This document shows, piece after piece, positions 1 to 11,300 of a DNA stretch of 64,000 bases. This stretch comes from Callorhinchus milii (Eukaryota), in the NCBI RefSeq assembly GCF_018977255.1, contig NW_024704743.1, positions 30,630,001 to 30,694,000 on the forward strand. Reading direction: 5' to 3'. The translations under genes and the position numbers were made by a program. Every line of letters starts with the position of its first letter. Within the stretch, counting starts at the first letter, position 1. Below the pieces are notes generated by a model. The model saw nothing but the letters and a program-made list of their open reading frames with translations. It searched no databases and was not told the origin of the DNA.

Positions 1-497
1 GCTCTCCCCATCCCCAGCTTCAACTTCCAGTATTGTATATAAAAAAACTCATAAACTAGAATGTATCTATAAATTGTGCTCTCTGTTTTCTAGCCACAGA
101 ACCCCACTTCATTCCCATTTACACCACAGCTACACTTGTTCACAATCAACAGCAGGCTGCTGTCACAACCGGAGTGTAAACAGTAAGATGTTATCTGTTC
201 TCAGTTTATTTTGGTTTAAATGCTTCCACATTCAGCCCTGTAAAATAGGACTCCAGTCTGACTGATAACAGAGTCAGACACATTGTGGCCCTTATTACAT
301 AGGTCCTTCAGCTACAGGCTTCGCTTAACCTGACCAGTGTGACAGAGGTAAGCAACTTGCACTTGATATAGCACCCTTCAAATAGGCTCAGAGCACTTTG
401 CAGGGACAGGATTGGATGCTGAGCAAGCTGAGAAATTGGCTGATGATCGGGTTGCCAATATCACTTTCTGTGCTTCATGGGCACTATGTGGCAGGAC

Positions 498-993
498 ATC
501 ACTCCCTTTGACCATACCTAGAGTCATTTCCCCTCTCTCCCTGGCTGGAGTCCTGTAGTTCAGTGGTTAGAGCACTCGCCTTGCAAGTGAGAGACGTAGG
601 TTCAATTCCTGGCAGGGCGAAATGTTGGGCAAGTTTCCTTACTCCACACGCCTCTGTTTACCTAGCAGTAAGTAGGAACCTAGTTGTTAGTCAATTGGTG
701 GAATGCTTTTCCAGGGGTAATAATTCCTTTTAAAAAATTAATAATAATAATAAATTGGTCATTCAATCCAAAACTGTTTGTGGGACACTGCTGTGCGCAA
801 TTGGCTGCCGCTTTTCACCCACAAAATATACAGTCAATTCACTTTACAGTATATTCTGTGAAGTGCTTTGAGACGTCTCGAAGATGTGGTAAGGCGCTGT
901 ATCAAATGCAAGGATCATTATTATAAACTATGCCATTGTTAAGTGTTCTGAGCCACTACCCACCGGGAGGGCACTATATCAATGCAAGCTGTT
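498..993 (+). mobile_element. Older L2 LINE 3' end split by the SINE at 547-924
   Basis: 498-546 (ccctttgaccatacc...ccctggct) and 930-993 (gtgttctgagccactacccaccgggagggcactatatcaatgcaagctgtt) join into the L2 3' end seen intact at 41200-41320. Confidence 0.6.
547..924 (+). mobile_element. Full-length tRNA-derived SINE (Deu-like body, L2-type tail; chimaera SINE2-like)
   Basis: tRNA-like head with A box (tagttcagtggttagagc) and B box (ggttcaattcc), body tgtgggacactgctgtgcgcaattggctgccgc, tail tatcaaatgcaaggat(tat)n; many copies in the window. Confidence 0.92.
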
Positions 994-1864
994 ATGATGT
1001 GCAGTAAGTGCCACTAAAGTCACTGCCTGGGCACAGCGCAAGCAGCTAAGCACAGGAAACGCCTCTGAAGTCGCTTTTTGAAGAAAGTGACATCAGCTGT
1101 GCTTCTTGGACAAAGCGTACATTTGCAGCTTGAAGTAAGTGACAACAGCAGACTGTGAAGTGTTAAGAGCCATTTTGTCATGATAAGATGTTATAAAATG
1201 TACAAATTCTCTTTTTTTGTTTTAAGAATGGATAAATCAGGTGACATCATGCAGCTTTACTAACTGTACGAAAGAAGCAATTTGCAGACACCATAAAGTT
1301 AGAGTGTGTGGGGGAGTGGTACAACTCCGCTGTCTCTCGCAGACACACACTCCAGCACAAACGTTTGAAGTCTCTGTTCAGAACCTTTTCCAAAATCACT
1401 CCTCCACCTTCATTGTTAAACCTAACTGTTTTGTATGCCTTATCTTAGTGTGATTGAAGAGCTCTGATCCATTCAACCTCATTTATGGTCCTCTTCACTG
1501 TAAATAGCCACATGAGAAATTATTCACACTTCCCGAAATTTAAAGCTACACTGCTCTTTCATTTCAAACATGATATAATCTGAGGACAGGTTTTGAACAA
1601 TCCCTGTGGGGCAGGAAAGAGGCCGTATGACCTCCCCTGCCATGAACCTCTGTTTCCCAATTCAGCCAAATCCAAGCATTCAGAAGCATGGAATATATTG
1701 GCTGCAGATTCACATCCTATAAGTAACTGCAGGTATTGCAGCAGTACGTGTCTGTCATTTGCTTTACTACCCAATGCTCCAACTTCATATCCAATTTTCT
1801 CAATTTTCTCACGCAGAAAAAAACAGTATATTGAGTTGCAATGTTGGTAGTTGTGCTGAACCTT

Positions 1865-2046
1865 ACCCCAATTCGTTCCCTCCCTCACCTCATTCAAGAT
1901 CTGTCTCAAGACCTACTTCCTTGACCATCCTTTTGGGCACTTTTCCCCTCACCACCCACATTCCCATCCCGGGTGCCCAGCCAGTAATGGTAAGCGCTTT
2001 GGCACACCCTCCCGACTTGAAAGACGCTATATAAATGTAAATTTAG
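1865..2046 (+). mobile_element. L2 LINE 3' fragment
   Basis: ctcaagacctacttccttgacc... plus tail agcgctttgg...gctatataaatgtaa shared with other L2 ends here. Confidence 0.75.
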
Positions 2047-3244
2047 ATTTATAATACAGATTAGGTCACTTCTATAGGTATCTGCCTTGTGAAGAACATC
2101 AAACACACACACAAACACACAGGTTAAAATGTCTCATTGACAATCGGATCTCTGGTGTCTCAATATCATTGCTGTTGGAAACCAAAAAAGTCACGGCCAA
2201 AGATATACTAACATTAAGTAATATCTTCTTTGCAACTACAACACTTAATATAGTTAATTTAATATACAGTACAATGAGAAGGGGATGGCAGCCATCCATT
2301 CTTTGGTTGTACAGCATGATCAAAAAGTTGTGATACCATTACAATGTCCAATATGTCTTAAAGATTTTTTTTAGATAATACGATAGTTATCATGACTTTT
2401 TGGTCACCCTGTATAAGTGGCTTGGATTCTTGGTGGTCTGTCGTGACTGTGTATCCATGACTCTAACTGTTCTGGTGATTGATGCTTATGGACGCTAACT
2501 GTTCTGGTGGAACTGCTCACCAGTCGGGTGGTGCGTGATCTTACCCAATCTACAGAGGTTAACTGGTGAAGGACATGTCTACACTAACTGCCTATGACTT
2601 TAGAAAAGGTCAACATGTTCAGGCAACCAGAGCTGAAGTCAAACTCCCACAAAAGCAGACGTTCATCATGAATGTGAAGTATCGCCAGAGGATTTTATGG
2701 AACCACAGATCACTCCTTCATTGTAGTAATCAGAGGAGACTACAGAAAAAATGTAACCTTATTTTATTTTTACAACTCCAAAGCCTTAAGGCTTTAAAGC
2801 TTTATGTCACTGACTACATTTCTTTAGACCCCAGATGTCTGCAGTGGACGTCTCCTAAAGCCGTCTCCACAATAATGCTCTTTGAGAAAATGCAGCCATT
2901 TCTGATGAATGAGTGTTAAATCCAACATATCTGGCAATGAGGCTTTGCTGAAATACCAGATCCAAATATAAATGACAAACTTTACTCCAATCTCCACCGA
3001 GTTGTTTTTTTTCTGTGGATCTTAATGATATGATCAAACAATCAAAAAAACGCTGAAAATCTTAGCTGAGATTTCAATGGGGTCAAGATATTATTTTGAG
3101 ATTTTGTTTAAATCATTTGAAAATTTTGCTACATATTTCATATCGAAGCATTCTGAGATGTTACTCCACATGAAGGGCTCTATATAAATACAGAGGTGTT
3201 ATTGTTGTTGAATGAACAGCAAAGACAAATAAAATGCTAGAAAG

Positions 3245-3535
3245 TAGCAAGTGACTCAGGGGACACAGTTACAAGATAGCTACAAGAACAGCGAAAGGAG
3301 AACTGAGGAGGAATTTTTCACCCAGAGTGATTGGGATGTGGAACACTGCCACAAGGGTGGTGGAGGCAGAGAACAGTGTAGCTTTAAAGAGGGAAGTAAA
3401 CAGGTACATGAAAGAGAGGGGCTTGAAGGAGTATAGGGATAAGACGGGGAGATGGGATTAAATCCTTGCCCTGTGACTCGTGAGGACTCAATCGGTCAAA
3501 TAACCTCCTTCAGCACTGTGAATTTCTATGTTTCT
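3245..3535 (+). mobile_element. CR1 LINE 3' fragment
   Basis: aggaggaatttttcacccagagtga...tggaac (RRNFFxQRV..WN motif), 3' UTR ending (ttcta)n-like. Confidence 0.8.
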
Positions 3536-4194
3536 AAAGTGCTGATAGAATGGTGTATTCTACCTACACTGCATACATTCCTGATCCCTCACTGATTTTA
3601 TAGACCTTGAGCATTAAATGTAACTCTCAAACACTTGAAACCAACCCCCCACCACCCCCTGACACGAACGTTCTCTTTAAATCTGTCTCCAAGCCACTGG
3701 CATTGCAATATTGTTCAATTTAAATTAAACACATGCCCCAAATAATGCAGGATATGGTTAGTTATACCCCATCAAGTGCAATGCCAATCACGTATCCTAT
3801 TCTCCACTTCCCTGTGCCCTACAGGCATAATTGTCAAGGAGAAGGCACTCCTTGCCCAATTCAGTCCATTTCTCTGCTACCTCTGACTTCACTTTATTCT
3901 GTTTTGCTGTTATTAGGATATTCAGATCTTTGATTTATTCCAGGACAGAGCTGCTTCCTCCAAGCAGTCAAGCTGCAATCTGTCTTTCCAATGAGCTATC
4001 AGCTTAAGGTCTTTATTCTAACCGATGCAGCAGAATAAGCCCCTTTGTGCTTTAATGTGAACGTGCTATTACGGCTCTCGTGCTGATTAACATAGTAATC
4101 AGTTACCAATAAATTAACGGATGGTTGAATAACAATCCTGTAATTCACTGCTGTACTTCGCACAAGCGATTTGGATGAAAAGGGCCCTTCGGAT

Positions 4195-4378
4195 CTCATC
4201 CCTCCAGAATAGCCTAACTTCCTCTTATCACAGCATCAAGCTGCTTTTTAAATGAATCCCAGATCCAGGCTTTAACCATCATTCCTGGTAACCTGTTCCA
4301 GTTGATAATTACCCTCCAAGTAAAGAATATTTTCTAGTGTCTGTCCTGAAATTGCCCTTTGTAATCCTAAATCTGAGA
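4195..4378 (-). mobile_element. CR1 LINE 3' fragment
   Basis: Reverse complement of the CR1 ORF2 C-terminus (ctgttccag...accctc...aagaatatttt). Confidence 0.65.
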
Positions 4379-4383
4379 ATCTC

Positions 4384-5472
4384 TTGTACAGCAAGGTCCC
4401 AAGGCAGGTCAAGCTTGCAGTATATGAGTCCTGGGTGCAAACAGTCCTCCGTTGTAGATCTGAGCTAATGGGAATTCAGCGGAAAGGCTTCCTCCAACCC
4501 ATTTGCAAAGTCCAATATCAAGCAATAAGATGGATTTGTGGCAAACACGGGAAGAGCTCTCAGGGAGGGAGGGCTCTAAACCCTGGAGGTTGAGGTGGTT
4601 TCACAATGGGCATGTTTAGTTGCCAAGGCCCCTTGCGTGGGGACCTGGATTAAGCAGCCGGTGCTGATTAAGGCTGGTACTTGGCATTAGACTTGGACCT
4701 TGAGAACATCAAGGTGGCTGGCACGTCATAAGCTGTCTGGTAAAGGACCTCCCACCACTCAAATAGCTGCTGAGGAAACTTTAAGATTTGGGGTGACAGC
4801 TCCTGGAAGGCTTTACCTGGAGTCCGACTTTGTGAACACATGTTCGTACATCCAGCACCTGGAATTCATCTTGATTGTCTTGCAGAGAGGCAAGCAGTTG
4901 CTGCTTAAACTCTACACCTCCAACTGGTGGAACTATCACTCAATAGGAAGGGACATGTGCCTGAATTGTGAATATAAAAATGGTGGCCATGCTCTCACTC
5001 ATTTCATGCAAATGTACAAGAAGAAGCTCGCTGGGAGTTCCCGGTACCTACCATCCACCTACTGAGGGCTCAAACCCACACTTGTCAGATGTCGAACGAC
5101 CAACTAATGACTGTCCTGCGGGGGGGGGGTAAGTGGGTTCCCCTTAGACTGAACAAGGTGACATGCTTGACAACGGAATGTCGGAATCAAGCCATCCCTC
5201 TGTGTGTAGCCGTCCCGGTAGTCTGATTCCTGAGCCGGTCGGGTCTGCTGTATTCCCAGGCTCGGCTGATTACAGCACAGCCAGTCTGGATCATAGGCAG
5301 GACTTGGACGGGCAAACCAGACACTGTGGGCAGGGAATCATCTCATTCAGTTCCTGTTAACCCTGCAAGCCAAAGCCCCAATGAGTAGGGTGGTCCTAGA
5401 TGGACAAGCAGCAGGAAAGCTTGCCAGACAGTGGTTTTAGCTGGGTTAGTGTCCCCAGTGCACTATCCGAAA
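4384..5472 (+). mobile_element. Decayed non-LTR retrotransposon of a non-CR1/non-L2 type (family X): post-RT region, zinc knuckle, start of 3' UTR
   Basis: Frameshifted ORF: YESWVQTVLRCRSELMG..KVQYQAIRWI / AKAPCVGTWI..TWTLRTSRWL / QLLLKLYTSNWW..CLNC..HALTHFM / VLRGG; 5160-5470 matches 52203, 55640 and 59418. Confidence 0.75.
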
Positions 5473-6337
5473 GTATTGTCCTATGTTTACTTGTGGAATT
5501 TTGACATAATAAGACATGATAAAATGTGCTATATCAAATGCAAAGATTATCATTCAGAAATAAAGAAATATTCTAAACTTTAATTAGTAGCTGGAAGAGA
5601 GCTGAGATAATTGCAAGTGCTGATATCTGAGTTTTTTTTGTTTGCAGGTTAAAACGTCAAGCTTTGCATAGGCCAGGAAGGGAAAACTGCTCATACAATT
5701 CTACCCCCACCCCACCCCCATTGTAACCCAACTGGATACATGCTCCAAATTACTGAACAACATTTACTCGATTAAGAAGAGCTCTAATGGAAATTTGACT
5801 GGAAATTTGCATCCTGAACAGTTTATAAACATGATCTTTACAGTTCTGGGGTTTTGGCTTCAAATCCAGACTGATGTCTCTTAGCTTCACTGACTATTAG
5901 TGTTCTTCCTGAAATGAGATTGCTGAGTCTCAAGCCAAGATCTGAGTCCGCAGCAAACACATGGCCTCAATTCAGCAATAAGGCCAGACCTAGTTGGCCA
6001 TGTTGTTCATTCCCCTCATTACATTGATCACCGCTTAACCCCTTCAGCCCCAGACTTCAATCTACAGGTCTTTGTTCCCTCCTGACGTGAAAAGCGGTAT
6101 ATCAAATGCAAGGATTATTATTATTATTATTATTATTTGTGGGGACTGAGCAGGTGACGTGGAGAATCAGTTGGCTAGGCTGCAATTTTCAAGTCAAATT
6201 TATACACAAAAGGTCACATGGATAGTAGGTTTCGGAAATGGATAGTTACAGTGAATGGCTGGGGTGCTAATCTGCGAGTTGGATTAATGCAAAGGGGCAT
6301 ATTCTGCTGGGTTCTCTATGTGAACCAAGTGCTTATC

Positions 6338-7050
6338 AGAACATATAAGAACATAAGAAATTCTAGACAAAAAGACCAAGGTCCATCTAGTTTGCCTTCC
6401 ACTTTCCTGGCAGTCGCATGCACATATGTCCCAAACTACCTATACTGTATGCCATAATGATATTTCCTGAAAGAAAACTATCTAATCTGTGTTTGAAATA
6501 ATCAACACTTCCTGTTTCAACCATCTCCCTGGGGAGTCTGTTCCACATGTTCACTATTCATTCACTGAAATAGTGTTTGCGTAGATTCGTTCTGAATTTA
6601 CCCCCCTTCAATCACAGCCCGTGTCCTCTAGTTCTACTATTCTGGACAAGTTGAAACAGCCTGCCATGAACCATATCGTCTTGCCCCTTTGGAATCTTAA
6701 AGACAGCAATCATGTCACCTTTCAATCTTTTTTTCAGCGTGAACATGCCCAATTTACGTAGTTGCTCCTCATAGTCCAGTCCTTCCATTCCCTCAATCAT
6801 TTTGGTTGCCCTCCTCTGTATCTTATCAATTTCTCCAATATCCTTTTTTGTACTGCGGCAACCAGAACTGTACACAGTACTCTAAGTTTGGTCTCCCCAA
6901 TGATTTATACAGTGACGGCACTACCCCACTATTTCAGCTTGCTATTGATCTTTTGATACATCCCAACATCTGGTTTGCTTTACTCACTGACACTGAGCAT
7001 TGTTGGGAGAGCTTCAATTTATTGTCAATCAGGACCCCAAGTCCTTTTCA
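6338..7050 (-). mobile_element. CR1 LINE 3' fragment (ORF2 C-terminus and 3' UTR)
   Basis: ORF 6612-6875: KKDIGEIDKIQRRATKMIEGMEGLDYEEQLRKLGMFTL..RLKGDMIAVFKI..RTRGH; terminal agaacata repeats. Confidence 0.95.
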
Positions 7051-7890
7051 TTTTCCATACATATTATTTTCCTTCTGTTCAAATATTAGTCTCTTCCAGG
7101 ATTTTTGTCCCTATGTGAAGTACTTTGATATTGCTTATATTGCAAAATCAATGGTCAGCCCACAATGAAAGATTCAGGGCGCAATAACCTCACTTAGATA
7201 TTATGAGAAGCTTTAGCCTTTTATCCGGTTTGTGGCAATGCAAAGCCCGGAAGCAGTTAATGCTAAGATTGGGTCTATTTTGCAAGATTTGTAACACATA
7301 TGTACACCATGTGCAAGGAGACCCTTAATAATGCAATTAACAACCAAAGTGATTGTTTGTTACCTAATCAATGGCACACGTAATTCTCTTTGTGCACATG
7401 GTTTACACAACTCGTATTAGATCCGACTGGGTACAGGTGGCAGAAAAATGTTCCAATTTCCAAGACTAATTTCCCTCATTATGATCCGCACAAAAAAAAA
7501 ATGTTTTCTTGCAATAGGCTCTAGGGAGCTTTTCCAATGCTGACGCCTTTCTTTCCTAAAATGTGAGGTCATGTACCTTCCGTTTGAACATCCAGATTTA
7601 TCTCCCAATATTCTGTTGCCTTAACAAGCAAGTAAACAAAGCAGACAGTCAGTATCCCTGAAAGATAAGGCTGCTGTGAAGTGCTCCAAGAGACCTGCTC
7701 CATCCCAAATGCCTAACTCAATTTAGCCAGAATTTGAGGATCGAAGCCTTATTCCATTGTCGAAACCTCTAACTTTCAGCCAAACTAGACTAAAAGCTTG
7801 TCTGAAACAATCCAAGGTAGAGGCAGTGCAGCTATGGGCACTGATTTTGGAGGCAGTACCAATCCAGATTAACTTCCTTTATAAGGGTGG

Positions 7891-8070
7891 ATAATAATAA
7901 TAATCCTTGCATTTGATATAATGTCTTATCATGTCTTCGAGACATCTCAAAGTGCTTCACAGAATATACTGTAAAGTGACTTGACTGTATATTTTGTGGG
8001 CGAAACGTGGCAGCCAATTGCACTCAGCAGTGTCCCACAAACAGTCATGGATTGAAGTGACCAATTTATT
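7891..8070 (-). mobile_element. 5'-truncated tRNA-SINE copy
   Basis: Reverse complement of the 3' half of the 547-924 SINE. Confidence 0.9.
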
Positions 8071-8675
8071 TATTCATTTTTGCAGGAATTAGATCCAGCT
8101 ATTTCATTTTGGGAGTGATGGAAGTGACAGCAGTGAGTTGTGAGGGGAGAGGCACTGCTCTAGGCATCACTGATCACTGGAATTTTGCCTTCTGCTTTAC
8201 TGTTCATCTACCTGGAAGCAACCAGGTTTCACTTGCCTTCTACTCGACACCTGTTTAAAGAATCACCGAGTGAAGCTAAATTGAACTTCAGCACTTCAAG
8301 GGACCCCAGTACCACTCAGTCATCTGAGCTATTTTTCAGTGACCCACATCACATCTAAGCACCTTTGGACATCCTCCTGATGTGACAGGCATGGTATAAA
8401 GTCAATTTGTATTGTATTGCCTCAGCCATCTTAAGACGAGCACTGTCAGAACAAGGAGCATTATCATGGAATGGGAGGAGGGGAAGAGTGAATTACAAGT
8501 TGAATGATGGATCCACCTACAGTAGCACATTCAAGTCAGTTTAGCAGTACTTTCCTCTTGTTTCATAAATAGCAATTATCCTGGTGACAGTCATCAATTA
8601 TGATCTGCAAGTCAGAAATTAAAAACAGGAGGCCTGACTGTACAGACATCACCATAGAGTACAGTGTCAGTGATC

Positions 8676-8834
8676 CTTCACCTCATGGCTGTTTGTGGGA
8701 CATTGCTATGAATACATTGAATGATGCATTTGCCTACAAATACAGTCACTACATGTCACAGTAAAATGCTGTGAAATGCCTCAAGACATTTTGATGATAA
8801 GGTGCTAAGTCAATGCAAGGATTATTATTATTAT
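8676..8834 (+). mobile_element. DeuSINE-type 3' fragment
   Basis: cacctcatggctgtttgtgggacattgct...aatgcaaggattattatt. Confidence 0.75.
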
Positions 8835-9854
8835 CAAAAATATCCTAAATTGATGCTCGTCATGTTATTTGGGTTTCAGACCATTTTTATAACAACCAAG
8901 CCTACCAAGTTAACATCTCCAGCTATAGCCCAGCAGGTGTCATTTGTGCAACCTGCGCTGGTCTCACAGTACCATTGAGAGTGACGCAATATCAGAACAA
9001 TTAAGTATAAAGGAACGGTAAGTATGAACGTAGAACCGGGTTATTGGGGCACTGCTTGAAATGTTATTCCGAAAGAAAACAATGAACCATTTGCAATGCT
9101 GTTTGAAAGATTCCTTCGAGAAATTTAAGTCCATAACAATGGCTTCTTGAAAGTGATTAGTGAAGGAAGGAGTGCAACATGGGTGAAAAGTGTGATAATT
9201 TAAAAGTCTATCAACAAATGACATTTTAGTTTCATTCTACGAAAGACAAAGCATCTGCCTCAAGGCATTTAATGAATTAGTCAGATAAGAGTGCAAGATG
9301 TCAGTATAATTTATCTGTTTAATCTTCATCAACGTTAATAATTTCCTACCTCTCTGTAGACCTCGGCTTTACAATGTGAAGCAGAACCAACACCCTGAGT
9401 TGCACTTCCCCATCTCAAAACCTCAGTCTATCTCCAGGTACGAGCCACAGTTTCCATTCACTAAAACCCTGTTTGTGTGATCAACCCCAAGTGACAAAGA
9501 GATTGCATTCAGACACAGGACAATCGAGAGCTGCAGCCAGCTCAAATCTTCCACTGGTGCAGCAGAAACCAAGAGTCACACTTGCCGAACAGTTTCTAGT
9601 GGACACAGAGCAGCTAGAGAGCAACTGAGAAAATTAGGCCATTTTGTTTACAATGTTAGTAAAATAAAGTTGCCATCCTATCACATACCCATGCATATAA
9701 CAGACCTTCTTGTGTGCTGCTTCAAGCATGCACCTATGATCCTCATCTCTTTTGCTTCTGGAATACCCAGTCCTACACCCACTATTTGCCTTACTGTCTT
9801 ACTTTTTTTCTTATATCAGTATTCAAATTACGACTGAGTGCCTTACATATAAAA

Positions 9855-10135
9855 ACAATTCTTGCATTTGATATAGTGCCTTATCACGTTATCAAAAAGT
9901 CTAAAAAATTTAGTGACTATATTTATAAGTGAACCTGACAGCCAATTTGCACACAGCAATGAAATGGCCCACAAACAAACAGCCACAAAGTGACTCCAAT
10001 TTTATCTGGAGGATTGTTGGCCAGGACACTGCGAGAAACTCTCATTCCAAAAAAGTTTCCAAAACTTTCATAGAATCTTGAAACAACAATCTGAAAAGGC
10101 AGATGAGACCTTGCTTTAGTGACATCGGTTAATAT
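9855..10135 (-). mobile_element. Degenerate DeuSINE
   Basis: SINE tail and body (gccaatttgcacacagca..ccacaaac) followed by Deu-domain remnant (ggccaggacac..gagaaactc). Confidence 0.65.
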
Positions 10136-10766
10136 GACTTCACTATACTTTAGAGTAAATCCTGTGAAGCCCTTTGAAACATTGATGATGTTGTAAGGCA
10201 CTATATCAACTGGAAGGATGGGTTGTATTGTGTGGAGCAGGCAACAGTGACTTGAAGGGTGACAACTGGCAAATGGTGTGGACTGCATGTTGGGGAGACA
10301 AAGTGTTAAAGCAAGAGAAACTCCTTAAGTGTATCTGAGGGGATAGGGTGGCAATCACCAAAGAGAAGTGATCCCCACTTCACTCTGATGGAGGAAGATG
10401 GCATTTCAAACTCAAATAAAATCATTCCTACTGAGAATTATTCCAAATCTACATCCCATCCCAGGAACATCAGAGAGAAGCTGTACTCAAGAAGTGATTC
10501 AAACGCCAATAAAAATAGGCCATCTTTTATCTTAATTGCGCTTTTTAAATAAAGAGGCTTGCCATAGTAAACTTGGTGAGATGAAATACTTCTGAGGGAA
10601 ACACATTGCAGCCTTCCATTCACTTCAAGGGAAGAGAGAAGAGCAGATTTTCTTTAAATTTAGAATCATAAGCCTAACGTTACTGCAGGAATTCTGCACG
10701 ATTTTTAACACTGAACATGTTTATCCATGTCAATTGCCTGGACTCAATTGAACTCATAGTCTAGGC

Positions 10767-11134
10767 CAAGGTGATCCAAAGTTTTGGCTGCTGAGGGCCG
10801 GATCCCTATTTGAGAAACATCCGTGGGCCGCATGAGCAATATTTTTCACCTGGCAGTTGGTAAGGAGATCCACTTGCCTTCTCCTCAGCTTGGGATGTCT
10901 TCCTTACACACTACAGCAAAGGGCAGTTTTATTTCCACTCCCTGCAGCTCAATGTGCTGTAGTCCACAGCTGAAGGGAAGGCAAGAGGGTCTCCTTACTC
11001 ACCGTGTCCTCCCAAATGCCAGCTCCTGCCGCTGCCATGAGAGGACAGTGCGCCGTGAAGAGGGAGCGTGTGGGCCACATGAAATTATCCCGCACGCTGG
11101 ATGCGGCCAAAGGGCCACCAGTTTGACCGCCCTG
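10767..11134. mobile_element. Non-autonomous hAT (Charlie/Buster-like) MITE
   Basis: Ends caaggtgatccaaagt / agtttgaccgccctg, subterminal gggccgc motifs, 8-bp TSD gtctaggc (10759-10766) / gtctaagc (11135-11142). Confidence 0.85.
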
Positions 11135-11149
11135 GTCTAAGCTGACCCT

Positions 11150-11300
11150 CACTTCAGTGCAATGCTAGAAGGTTCTGCATTGTCAGCGATGGCGTCCTTC
11201 TGGTGAGACTTTGAACTGAGGTCCCATCTGCCTGTTCTGGTGACATTAAAGATCGCGTGGCACAAAAAGAGAAGGGAGTTTCTTTGATGAGATTAATGGG
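11150..11300 (+). mobile_element. Deu-domain core fragment
   Basis: ctgcattgtcagcgatggcgtccttctggtgagact...gaggtcccatctgcctgttc...aaagatc. Confidence 0.7.

Noticed and set aside
547..620. tRNA-Ala-like gene (also at 14217, 16185, 27630, 50670, 51888)
   Set aside because: Each continues into the SINE body and tail and the copies vary at the anticodon region, so these are SINE heads rather than tRNA genes
1559..1909. 116-aa minus-strand ORF
   Set aside because: Starts inside an L2 fragment, has no convincing splice sites and no recognisable domain
2545..2739. Minus-strand exon-like segment (ttttttctgtag ... GG|gtaaga)
   Set aside because: Stops in all frames, and joining it to the phase-2 exon at 16960 stops after three codons; at most non-coding
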